DNA from: Acidobacteriota bacterium
Lineage (GTDB): Bacteria; Acidobacteriota; Thermoanaerobaculia; Gp7-AA8
Assembly: GCA_003223645.1 (NCBI GenBank)
Contig: QHVT01000014.1
Location: 38,264-102,263, forward strand
Direction of reading: 5' to 3'
DNA: 64,000 bases
Part shown: in pieces, positions 50,808 to 59,520 of the stretch
Layout of the letters: each line of letters opens with the position of its first letter
Numbering within the stretch: the stretch's first letter is position 1
Translations under genes and position numbers: made by a program
The notes under the pieces: model-generated
Seen by the model: the letters and a program-made list of their open reading frames with translations, nothing else
Databases searched by the model: none
What the model was told of the DNA's origin: nothing

Positions 50808-52169
50808 ATGGCAAAAGCTGCTGTGCGTGCCGGAGATTCCGTCCTGCGCGCGATCCCGTCCGTCGAGCGGATTCTGTCTGCGCCGGCGTTCGCGCCTCTC
50901 GTCGACGCGTTCGGACGCGAGCGCGTGAAGGAGCATCTCGCCGATCACCTCGCTTCCTTGCGCGCGTCGCGTGCGGCATACGACGAAATGGATGCGCGTG
51001 ACGCGGTCGGCGCGTCGCTGGCGAGCGCGACCTCGTCGACGCTGCGCCGCGTGATCAACGCTTCCGGCGTCATCATCCACACGAACCTCGGACGCGCTCC
51101 GATTGACGACGTGATCTGGTCCGAAGCCGCGGAGATTGTGACCGGCTACTCGAACCTCGAGCTCGATCTCGACCGCGGCGAGCGCAGCGCGCGCGACGAA
51201 CATCTGACCTCGCTCTGCCGCGCGCTCTTCGGATGCGAGGCCGCGGTGCTGACGAACAACAACGCCGCGGGGACGATGCTCACGCTGGCTGCGGTCGCGG
51301 CGGGACGCGAGGTGCTCGTGTCGCGCGGCGAGCTGGTCGAGATCGGCGGCGCGTTTCGCGTGCCGGACGTGATCCAGCAGGGCGGCGCGAAGCTGCGCGA
51401 AGTCGGAACGACGAACCGGACGCGCACACGCGACTACGCGGGCGCGATCGCAAAGAAAACGGCGGCGATCCTGCGCGTCCATCGCTCGAACTTCGACATC
51501 GTCGGCTTCACCGAGACGCCGCCGATCGCGGAGCTGGTCGCGCTCGCGCGATCGAAGAAGATCCCGCTGCTGTACGACGAGGGGAGCGGGCGCGTCGTCG
51601 ACCTGGCGAAGTACGGTTTTGCGTCCGGTGCAACGATCCGCGAACTGATCGCCAGCGGCGTCGACGTCGTTACCTGCTCCACCGACAAGCTGATCGGTGC
51701 GACGCAGGGCGGATTGATCGCCGGCAGCGAGACGATCATCGCGAAGATCCGCAAGCATCCGCTGATGCGCGCGTTGCGCGTCGGCAAAGAAACGTACGCG
51801 GTCGTCGCGGCGACGCTACGGGCGTTCGCGACGGAAAAGCACGAAGAGCGCGTCCCGATCTACCGCATGCTCGCGACCTCGCTCGACGCGCTGCGCGCGC
51901 GCGCCGAATCGCTGACGCGCGGGACGTCGGCGAACGTGATCGAGTCGCGCTGCGCGCTCGGCGGAGGAACGACGCCGACGGAGACGATTCCGTCGATCGC
52001 GATCGAAGTGCCGGGAAACGCGAGCGCGCTTTATGCGCGGTTCCTGCGCGAGCAGATCGTCGGCCGCATCGTCGACGACTGCTTCACTCTGGAAGTGCGG
52101 ACGCTGCTGGGGCAGGATCTTCCGCTCTGCCAAAAAGCATTGTCTGAATTTGCGCCCGCGACTCGGTGA
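50808..52169 (+). CDS. selA: L-seryl-tRNA(Sec) selenium transferase
   Basis: Part of ORF 50145..52169, start ATG 50808. LRAIPSVERIL, VINASGVIIHTNLGRAP, CSTDKLIGATQGG (PLP lysine). Confidence 0.9.
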   Translation: MAKAAVRAGDSVLRAIPSVERILSAPAFAPLVDAFGRERVKEHLADHLASLRASRAAYDEMDARDAVGASLASATSSTLRRVINASGVIIHTNLGRAPIDDVIWSEAAEIVTGYSNLELDLDRGERSARDEHLTSLCRALFGCEAAVLTNNNAAGTMLTLAAVAAGREVLVSRGELVEIGGAFRVPDVIQQGGAKLREVGTTNRTRTRDYAGAIAKKTAAILRVHRSNFDIVGFTETPPIAELVALARSKKIPLLYDEGSGRVVDLAKYGFASGATIRELIASGVDVVTCSTDKLIGATQGGLIAGSETIIAKIRKHPLMRALRVGKETYAVVAATLRAFATEKHEERVPIYRMLATSLDALRARAESLTRGTSANVIESRCALGGGTTPTETIPSIAIEVPGNASALYARFLREQIVGRIVDDCFTLEVRTLLGQDLPLCQKALSEFAPATR

Positions 52170-52827
52170 GCAGCCGCTCCTTGTCGCGCACGCGCAGCCC
52201 TTCGGTCGGCAGCGGCGTTCCGACTTTCACGGTCACGCGTCCCGCGCGGATGAAGCGCGACTTCGCGTTGTACACGTCGTACGTGCCGTCGATTGCGATC
52301 GGCACGATCGTCCGGTCCGATTTCAGCGCGAGCAGGAACGCGCCGCTCTTGAACTCGCGCATCGTCCGCTCGCGCGAGCGTCCTTCCTCCGGAAAGATCA
52401 CGATCGTGTTGCCTTTGCGGACGCGCTCCGCCGCGAGATCGAACGACTTTTTCGCCTTCGACCTATCCTTGCGATCGATCGGGATGAATCCCGCGCGCGC
52501 GATCGACCAGCCGAAGATCGGAACCTTGAACAGGCTCTGCTTCGCCATGAAGCGGATCGGCTGCGGGATCGCGGCGAAAACGCAGGGGATGTCGAAGTAG
52601 CTGTAGTGATTGGCGACGAGGATGTAGCGCTGGTCGGGTTCGAGGGCATCGAGGTTCTCCGTGCGCAGGTCGATGCCCGCCGCGCGGACGAGCGAGCGCG
52701 CCCAGAGACGCACGATTTTGTCGATCAGCGGCGACGTGTTGCGGAACAAAGCAACGATGATCACGGCACTCGACAGCGGGATCGTGACGAAGACGGCGGC
52801 GATCGCAACCCAGAACGTGCGCAGCAT
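52084..52827 (-). CDS. plsC: 1-acyl-sn-glycerol-3-phosphate acyltransferase
   Basis: LVANHYSYFDIP (HX4D) and VIFPEEGRS (PEGT-like). Confidence 0.9.
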   Translation of the reverse strand: MLRTFWVAIAAVFVTIPLSSAVIIVALFRNTSPLIDKIVRLWARSLVRAAGIDLRTENLDALEPDQRYILVANHYSYFDIPCVFAAIPQPIRFMAKQSLFKVPIFGWSIARAGFIPIDRKDRSKAKKSFDLAAERVRKGNTIVIFPEEGRSRERTMREFKSGAFLLALKSDRTIVPIAIDGTYDVYNAKSRFIRAGRVTVKVGTPLPTEGLRVRDKERLLTESRAQIQTMLFGRAEDPAPAASALPE

Positions 52828-52849
52828 GTGCGGTGTTTTATAGATTGAG

Positions 52850-53563
52850 ATGGTGTTGATCCGCTACTCGCCTCCCTACGACTGGCCGCTGATCTTCGGC
52901 TGGCTGCGCGCGCGTGCGATCGAAGGCGTGGAGGTGGTGAGCGAGAGCGACTACCGCCGCGACGGCGTGATCGTGCGACATGACGCTGCGCAGAATGCGT
53001 TGAACGTGCCGAGGAAATTTGCGGCGCGCGCCCGGAGACTGTTCGACGTCGACGCCGATCCTCGGCTGATCCGCGCGGCGTTCGCGAAGGACAAGCTGCT
53101 CGCACCGCGTCTGCGCAAGCGTCCCGGCGTGCGCGTGCCCGGCGCGTGGGATCCGTTCGAGCTCGCGATTCGCGCAATCGTCGGCCAGCAAATCAGCGTC
53201 GCCGGCGCCCGCACGATCCTCGGCCGCATCGCGTCTGCAACCGGCTTCATCCCCGAGCGTCTCGCCGACGTCACGCTCGACGGCATGCCGCGCCGCCGCG
53301 CCGAAACGATTCGCCTCCTTGCACGCGCGGTCGTTGCGCACGACGGACTTCCATCCGATCTCACATCGATTCCCGGAATCGGTCCCTGGACCGCTCAATA
53401 CATCGCCATGCGCCTCGGCGACGCCGACGCGTTTCCCGCCGGCGATCTCATTCTTCGCCGCAACGCCGGAAATCTCACAGAGCGCGAGCTCCTTCGGCGT
53501 GCGGAAGCGTGGCGCCCGTTTCGCGCTTATGGAGCAATGCTCTTATGGACTACACCCGCATAG
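52850..53563 (+). CDS. alkA: DNA-3-methyladenine glycosylase II (AlkA; HhH-GPD)
   Basis: AlkA_N-like start YSPPYDW. AIVGQQISVAGA. IPGIGPWTAQYIAMR...DAFPAGD. Confidence 0.88.
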   Translation: MVLIRYSPPYDWPLIFGWLRARAIEGVEVVSESDYRRDGVIVRHDAAQNALNVPRKFAARARRLFDVDADPRLIRAAFAKDKLLAPRLRKRPGVRVPGAWDPFELAIRAIVGQQISVAGARTILGRIASATGFIPERLADVTLDGMPRRRAETIRLLARAVVAHDGLPSDLTSIPGIGPWTAQYIAMRLGDADAFPAGDLILRRNAGNLTERELLRRAEAWRPFRAYGAMLLWTTPA

Positions 53564-54000
53564 AAACGCCGATCGCCAATCTTCTCGTCGCGCGCAACGA
53601 GCGCGGCATCACCTCGATCTCCTTTCGTGGAACGGAGGAGGACGATTGGGTCCGCAATGACGATGCGTTCGCCGACATCCGCGAGCAGATGAACGCGTAT
53701 TTCGCGAAAGAGCTGCGCGTGTTCAAGCTCCCGCTCGCGCCGCGTGGAACGCCGTTCCAGCTCGACGTCTGGCGCGCGCTCCGCGACATCCCGTACGGCG
53801 AGACGCGCTCGTACGCGCAAATCGCGCGCGTCATCGGCAAGCCCGAAGCGATCCGCGCGGTCGGCGCAGCCAACGGCGCGAACCCGCTCCCGATCGTCGT
53901 GCCGTGTCACCGCGTGATCGGCTCGAACGGCTCCCTCACCGGCTTCGGCGGCGGCCTGGAAGCGAAGCGCTTTCTGCTCGATCTCGAGCTGTACGTTTGA
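53545..54000 (+). CDS. ogt: Methylated-DNA--protein-cysteine methyltransferase
   Basis: Part of ORF 53146..54000, start ATG 53545. IPYGETRSYAQIA and VVPCHRVIGSNGSLTGF (PCHR active site). Confidence 0.92.
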   Translation: MDYTRIETPIANLLVARNERGITSISFRGTEEDDWVRNDDAFADIREQMNAYFAKELRVFKLPLAPRGTPFQLDVWRALRDIPYGETRSYAQIARVIGKPEAIRAVGAANGANPLPIVVPCHRVIGSNGSLTGFGGGLEAKRFLLDLELYV

Positions 54001-54002
54001 TC

Positions 54003-54105
54003 GTCATCCCGAGCGTGAGCGAGGGACCTGGGGCTCGGGTGGCGGCACGAAGCTCGTGCAACGCAGCCCCGCCCGCCCAGGTCCCTCGCTCACGCTCGGG
54101 ATGAC
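54003..54105. repeat. R2 palindromic element, copy c
   Basis: GTCATCCCGAGCGTGAGCGAGGGACCTGGGGC...GCCCGCCCAGGTCCCTCGCTCACGCTCGGGATGAC. Fills the convergent ogt / DinB-cupin gap. Confidence 0.85.
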
Positions 54106-54112
54106 ATGCATG

Positions 54113-54880
54113 TCACCCCTCCGGATAGAACACGAACAACCGGCAGCCATCGACCGATCGCGGCGAATGCGAACTGCCTGCGGGATGGTGGAGAAACGTG
54201 CCGGCGCGATAGACGTTCGCGCCGTCGTCGAAGTCGCCGGACAACACGTACACCTCTTCCGGTCCCGGCACGTGATAGTCGACGCCCGGCCACTGCGCGC
54301 CCGCCGGGATCTCGACTTCGAGCGCGCTTCGCGCACCCTCGCGCCAGATCTCGCGCACGCGCACGCCGTTGCCGGGGAAGCGCTCTTCGATCAGCGAGCC
54401 GGCGACGACGTTCGACACGTCCGGCGTTTCCGTCGCTTTCAATCCGAGCGTTTGTTTGATGCGCTCGATCTGTCGCAGATGCTTCTCATCGTGATTCTCG
54501 ATGCGCTCGTACATCTGCGCGATCGTGATCGGTCCGTAGTCAGGATGTTTTCCTTTGCGCGCGAGCTCCTCTTCGGTCAGTCGCGCCTTCAAATCGAGAT
54601 TCATCCGCCGGTGAAACCAGAACTGTTCGAGCAGTTCCGACAGCGGCTCGCGGCGATGAACGTTCGCGACCCACTGCTCCTGCTTCAGTGCCGGCACATC
54701 CGGCTCGTCGACCGCGAGCGCCGTGCGGATGCGCACGGCGTACACGAGCTCGAGATCGCCGAGATGCGCGATCACGTCGGCGATGGACCACTTTTCCTCC
54801 GCCTCCGGCCGTTGCAGATCCGCTTCAGGGATTCCGTGAATGGCGAGCAGGAGTCGCGAATGAAAGTTCATGACCTTCAT
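54113..54880 (-). CDS. DinB-family domain fused to a cupin (ChrR-like) domain
   Basis: N-terminus WSIADVIAHLGDLELVY...ENHDEKHLRQIE (DinB-like His triad). C-terminus GPEEVYVLSGDFDDG...FLHHPAGSSHSP (cupin). Confidence 0.7.
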   Translation of the reverse strand: MKVMNFHSRLLLAIHGIPEADLQRPEAEEKWSIADVIAHLGDLELVYAVRIRTALAVDEPDVPALKQEQWVANVHRREPLSELLEQFWFHRRMNLDLKARLTEEELARKGKHPDYGPITIAQMYERIENHDEKHLRQIERIKQTLGLKATETPDVSNVVAGSLIEERFPGNGVRVREIWREGARSALEVEIPAGAQWPGVDYHVPGPEEVYVLSGDFDDGANVYRAGTFLHHPAGSSHSPRSVDGCRLFVFYPEG

Positions 54881-54987
54881 TTTGTTCGATTTTCGTGAGC
54901 CGAGGCCAGCTCATAGTTGCGATAAGATGCATGAGGATTGTTCATGAGCTGCTGGCGCCGCCCCTCCGCCATTCGGGCACGTCGCAC

Positions 54988-55045
54988 CGAGGAGAGCGGG
55001 CGTCCCGCCCGCCCCCGGAGGCGGGCAGGATGCCCGCTCTCCTCG
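54988..55045. repeat. R5 palindromic element, copy b
   Basis: CGAGGAGAGCGGGCGTCCCGCCCGCCCCCGGAGGCGGGCAGGATGCCCGCTCTCCTCG, in a divergent gap upstream of the LysR gene. Confidence 0.85.
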
Positions 55046-55113
55046 GTGCGCGGGGGAGAAGGGCGACAAACAACAAGTGTCCCGAGTGGCCGAAGGGCGG
55101 GTAAGGGGCGCTC

Positions 55114-55983
55114 ATGAACGTCGAGCTTCGCCATCTCCAGCTCGTCGACGCCATCACCTCCGAGGGAAGCCTCACGCGCGCGGCGGATCGTCTGAATGTC
55201 ACCCAGTCCGCGCTCAGCCATCAGCTGCGCGAGATCGAAGACCGTCTCGGCACGCCGCTCTTCCTGCGCGTCAACCGGCGCCTCGCGCTCGCGCCGGCCG
55301 GCGAGCGTCTCCTCGCGTCCGCGCGACGCGTGCTCGCCGACATCAAGTCCGCCGAGGAAGACATCGCGCGGCTGGCGAACCACCAGGATGGCGTCGTCCG
55401 CGTCAGCACCGCCTGCTACACCTGCTACTCCTGGCTCCCGCCGCTGCTCGCTCCGTTCCACAAACGCTTCCCCCGCGTCGACGTCGAGATCGTCCCCGAA
55501 GTGAAGAGCAACGCCGTCGACGCGCTCCTCGACCGCCGCATCGATCTCGCGCTCGTGCACGAAACGCGTCGCGATGCGCGCGTACGGCTCACGCCTGTCT
55601 TCGAAGACGAGATCGTCATCATCACCGCGCGCAACCACCCGCTCGCGAAAAAGCCGTTCATCGAGCCCGAAGACCTCGCCGCCGAAAACGTCATCCTCCA
55701 CACCCCGCCCGACGAGAGCTTCTTCGCCCGCCAGCTCCGCGCCGCGGGCGTCCGCCCGCGCCGCCTGTCGAGCGTCATGCTCACCGAGGCGATCGTCGAG
55801 CTCGTCCGCGCGGGCCTCGGCGTCTCGGCAGTGCCGCGCTGGACCGTCGAGCGCGCCGGCGTCGCGACCGTGCGCTACACGCGCAAAGGGTTGTGGCGGA
55901 GGTGGAACGCGGCGACGTTGAAGGGGGAGATTGCCGAGCCGATCGGGATGTTGATCGAGTTGATTCGGGAGGCTCGGGATTAA
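55114..55983 (+). CDS. LysR-family transcriptional regulator
   Basis: MNVELRHLQLVDAITSEGSLTRAADRLNVTQSALSHQLREIE is an HTH. 289 aa. Confidence 0.9.
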   Translation: MNVELRHLQLVDAITSEGSLTRAADRLNVTQSALSHQLREIEDRLGTPLFLRVNRRLALAPAGERLLASARRVLADIKSAEEDIARLANHQDGVVRVSTACYTCYSWLPPLLAPFHKRFPRVDVEIVPEVKSNAVDALLDRRIDLALVHETRRDARVRLTPVFEDEIVIITARNHPLAKKPFIEPEDLAAENVILHTPPDESFFARQLRAAGVRPRRLSSVMLTEAIVELVRAGLGVSAVPRWTVERAGVATVRYTRKGLWRRWNAATLKGEIAEPIGMLIELIREARD

Positions 55984-56315
55984 GCGATGACAATCGCAAT
56001 CGGCCTGAGCTGATTACTTTTCGGATCAACTTCGACACCGAAGTTCGCGAGGGCTGTTGCTCCAAGGACATAGGGCGAGCCCGGCGGAGCGAGCACCACG
56101 GGACAGGTCAGCGATTCTTCGTAGCCCGGAATCGTGAAAACTGCTTCGATCAGTAAACGATCGTCCCTGCCGCCGCGCGAAGCCGTGATGTCGATGTCGC
56201 GAAGCCTGTCTTCGGGCACCGAGGTGTAGAGGTCGCGCGGATTCACCCAGAACTTTTCCTCGAAGGTTTTCGACGGAACATGGGGATTCGCGACCTTGAC
56301 GGAAACCTGAAACAT
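55980..56315 (-). CDS. Small retropepsin-like (clan AA-like) protein lacking the D-[TS]-G motif
   Basis: MFQVSVKVANPH...FWVNPRDLYTSVP...PYVLGATALANFGVEVDP follows the layout of small bacterial aspartyl-protease-like proteins. The expected VDSGA is replaced by VNPRD. GC is lower than its neighbours. Confidence 0.5.
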   Translation of the reverse strand: MFQVSVKVANPHVPSKTFEEKFWVNPRDLYTSVPEDRLRDIDITASRGGRDDRLLIEAVFTIPGYEESLTCPVVLAPPGSPYVLGATALANFGVEVDPKSNQLRPIAIVIA

Positions 56316-56401
56316 GTCCGCGTTACAATATCGCGCTCGCAAATAATGGAATTCCTCGCCCCCGTCCTCTGTCCAATCGGATGCAAATTAAGGAGAACAA
56401 C

Positions 56402-58363
56402 GTGTCCGAGACCTTGATGGCGGACGTCGCCGAAGAAGTGGACGCGCGGACCGAGCCGATCGTCAATGACTTAACGATTCACGTCGCAACCGTGAACGGC
56501 TCCGGTTCGCAATCGTCGAACAATGTCCTGATGCGCTCGATCTTTCAGATGGGCGTGCCGGTCAGCGGGAAAAACATGTTCCCCTCGAACATCGCCGGCC
56601 TCCCGACGTGGTTCACCATCCGCGCGAACAAGCACGGCTGGATCGGCCGCAAGAAAGAAGTCGACCTGATGGTCTGCATGAACGCGCAGACCGCGCGGGA
56701 AGACGTCGAAGCACTGCAGCCCGGCGCCTTGTGCATCTACGACGCGCCGCTGAACTGCAAGACGATGCGCAACGACGTTCACTTCTTCGAGGTGCCGTTC
56801 GCGAAGCTCGCCGCCGACCTCTCCGAGGACTCGAAGCTGCGCAAGCTGCTGACGAACATGGTCTACGTCGGCATCGTTGCGGAGCTGATCGGGATCGAGC
56901 GCGACGAGATCCTGGCCGCCATCACCAAGCAGTTCAAAGGAAAGCAGAAGGCGGTCGCCGCGAATGTCGCCGCGATCGACAAAGGCCTCGAGTGGGCGAA
57001 GGCGAATCTGCCGAGGCAAAACAAGTGGCGCGTCGAGCGGATGAACGCGACGCAGGGAAAGATCATCGTCGACGGCAATGCCGCCGCGGCGATCGGTGCG
57101 ATGTTCGGCGGCGTCACGGTCGTGACGTGGTATCCGATCACGCCGTCGTCGTCGCTCTGCGAGTCGCTGATCGAGTACATGAAGCAGCACCGCATCGACG
57201 AGAACGGCAAAGCGACGTTCGCGATCGTGCAGGCGGAAGACGAGCTTGCGGCGGTCGGAATGGTGTTGGGCGCGGGATGGGCGGGCGCGCGCTCGATGAC
57301 CTCGACCGCGGGTCCCGGCATTTCGCTCATGGCCGAATTCGTCGGCCTCGGATATTTCGCCGAGCTGCCCGGCGTGATCTGGGACATCCAGCGCGTAGGT
57401 CCGTCGACCGGACTTCCGACGCGCACCGCGCAGGGCGACATCAACCAGGTCGCGTTTCTCTCGCACGGCGATACCCAGCACATCACGCTGATTCCGAACA
57501 GTGTCGGCGAGTGCTACGAGTTCGCGCAGCAGGCGCTCGATCTCGCCGAAGAATTCCAGACGCCGATCTTCGTTCTGTCCGATCTCGACCTCGGCATGAA
57601 CAACTGGATGTCCGATCCGTTCGAATATCCGACCAAGCCGATCCGCCGCGGCAAAGTGCTCACCGCCGAACAGCTCACCGAGCTCGAAGGAAAGTGGGGA
57701 CGCTATGCCGATGTCGACGGCGACGGCATTCCCTGGCGCACGCTGCCCGGCACCGATCATCCGTTCGCGTCGTACTTCACGCGCGGCTCGGGACACGACG
57801 CGATGGCGCGTTACTCCGAGCGCCCCGCGGACTACAAAGCGACGGTCGATCGTCTCCAGAAAAAATACGAGACCGCAAAACTGTTCGTACCGCGTCCGGT
57901 CGTCGACACGCGCGACGGCGCGAAGATCGGCTTCATCGCCTTCGGCACCACGCACTGGTCGCTCGAAGAGGCGCGCGATCAACTGCGCCGCGAGAAGGGA
58001 GTCGAGACCAGCTACTTCCGCCTTCGCGCGCTGCCGTTTACGGACGAGTTGAAAGAGTTCGTTGCGACGCATGACCGCGTGTACGTCGTCGAGCAGAATC
58101 GCGACGGACAGATGGCGGACCTGATTCGCCTCGAAGTCGGCGAGGACCAGCGCAAACTTCGCAAGATCCTGCACTACACGGGACTGCCGCCCGACGCGCG
58201 GACGATCACCGATGCGGTGCTGCAAATGGAGTCGACGATCGGGCTCGCGGAGCCGCTGTTGCTGGTGCGCGCACTGCCGACCCTCGGCGGCACGGCGCCG
58301 GCGGTGATTCCAACCATCGTTCCGCAGACAGGATCGCGCGAAGTTCGGGCGGCGGAGGACTAG
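56402..58363 (+). CDS. korA: 2-oxoacid:ferredoxin oxidoreductase, alpha (alpha/gamma fused) subunit
   Basis: ORF 56381..58363. The GTG 56402 start is preferred because AAGGAG lies 6 nt upstream. VATVNGSGSQSSNN (gamma-like) and YPITPSS (alpha). Confidence 0.9.
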   Translation: MSETLMADVAEEVDARTEPIVNDLTIHVATVNGSGSQSSNNVLMRSIFQMGVPVSGKNMFPSNIAGLPTWFTIRANKHGWIGRKKEVDLMVCMNAQTAREDVEALQPGALCIYDAPLNCKTMRNDVHFFEVPFAKLAADLSEDSKLRKLLTNMVYVGIVAELIGIERDEILAAITKQFKGKQKAVAANVAAIDKGLEWAKANLPRQNKWRVERMNATQGKIIVDGNAAAAIGAMFGGVTVVTWYPITPSSSLCESLIEYMKQHRIDENGKATFAIVQAEDELAAVGMVLGAGWAGARSMTSTAGPGISLMAEFVGLGYFAELPGVIWDIQRVGPSTGLPTRTAQGDINQVAFLSHGDTQHITLIPNSVGECYEFAQQALDLAEEFQTPIFVLSDLDLGMNNWMSDPFEYPTKPIRRGKVLTAEQLTELEGKWGRYADVDGDGIPWRTLPGTDHPFASYFTRGSGHDAMARYSERPADYKATVDRLQKKYETAKLFVPRPVVDTRDGAKIGFIAFGTTHWSLEEARDQLRREKGVETSYFRLRALPFTDELKEFVATHDRVYVVEQNRDGQMADLIRLEVGEDQRKLRKILHYTGLPPDARTITDAVLQMESTIGLAEPLLLVRALPTLGGTAPAVIPTIVPQTGSREVRAAED

Positions 58364-58365
58364 TC

Positions 58366-59421
58366 ATGGCTGAAAGCACACTGAAGATCGGCAGCGGCGA
58401 AGCGATCAAAGAGAACAAGCTCGGACTGAAGGCGACGGATTACGGCGGCGGCAAGTCGACGCTCTGCGCCGCCTGCGGCCACGACGCGGTCTCGAACCAG
58501 ATCATCCGCGCGTTTTTCGAGATGAGCGTGAAGGCCGAGAAGGTCGCGAAGTTCTCCGGCATCGGCTGCTCGTCGAAGACGCCCGCGTACTTTCTCTCGC
58601 GCTCGCACGGCTTCAACGCCGTGCACGGACGCATGCCCGCGGTCGCCACCGGCGCGATCCTCGCGAACCATACGCTGATCGGCATCGGCGTCTCCGGCGA
58701 CGGCGACACCGCATCGATCGGACTCGGACAGTTCATGCATCTCGTCCGCCGCAATCTGCCGATGATCTACATCATCGAGAACAACGGCGTGTACGGGTTG
58801 ACGAAAGGGCAGTTCTCCGCGACCGCGGACGAAGGCTCGAAGCTGAAGACCGGCGTGATCAATGATCTGCCGCCGATGGATCTCTGCGCGCTGGCCGTCG
58901 AGCTGGGATGCGGATTCGTCGCGCGCGGATTCGCCGGCGATCCGAAGCAGATGGTGAACATTCTGAAAGCCGCAATCGCACACAACGGCTTGTCGGTGAT
59001 CGACGTGATCTCGCCCTGCGTCACCTTCAACAATCACGAAGGGTCGACGAAGGGCTACACGTACTCGAAAGAGCACGACGAGCTCTTGCACCAGATCGGC
59101 TTCGTGCCGGAGTACGAGCCGATCGAGATCGACTACGAGCCCGGGACGGCGCGCGTGGTCGAGATGCATGACGGCTCGAAGATCGTGCTGAAGAAACTCG
59201 AAGAAGACTACGACCCCGCCGATCAGGTGATGGCGCTGCAGCGACTGCACCGCGCGACCGCAAACGGACAGATGCTCACCGGCATCGTGCACCTCCGCCC
59301 CGAGAAGAAAAACTTCATGGAGATGTTGAACGTGGTCGACGAGCCGCTCAATACGCTGCCGCTCGAGAAAACGCGGCCGCCGAAAGAAGCGCTCGAGAAG
59401 ATCATGCGCGACCTCATGTGA
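58366..59421 (+). CDS. korB: 2-oxoacid:ferredoxin oxidoreductase, beta (TPP-binding) subunit
   Basis: CAACGHD and GVSGDGDTASIG...IIENNGVYGLTKGQ (TPP motif). Confidence 0.92.
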   Translation: MAESTLKIGSGEAIKENKLGLKATDYGGGKSTLCAACGHDAVSNQIIRAFFEMSVKAEKVAKFSGIGCSSKTPAYFLSRSHGFNAVHGRMPAVATGAILANHTLIGIGVSGDGDTASIGLGQFMHLVRRNLPMIYIIENNGVYGLTKGQFSATADEGSKLKTGVINDLPPMDLCALAVELGCGFVARGFAGDPKQMVNILKAAIAHNGLSVIDVISPCVTFNNHEGSTKGYTYSKEHDELLHQIGFVPEYEPIEIDYEPGTARVVEMHDGSKIVLKKLEEDYDPADQVMALQRLHRATANGQMLTGIVHLRPEKKNFMEMLNVVDEPLNTLPLEKTRPPKEALEKIMRDLM

Positions 59422-59475
59422 GGCGCACAGGCTCATGGGCTCATGGTTTGTTTGTGAGCCCGTGAGCGCTTGCGG
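59421..59475. repeat. Word-built hairpin, GGCTCANAGG family, copy d
   Basis: AGGCGCACAGGCTCATGGGCTCATGG-TTTGTTT-GTGAGCCCGTGAGCGCTTGCGG. Starts at the korB stop. Confidence 0.8.
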
Positions 59476-59520
59476 CTGGCATCCTTGCTCCGGCGAAATG
59501 ATTTTTGATATCATGCCGGA

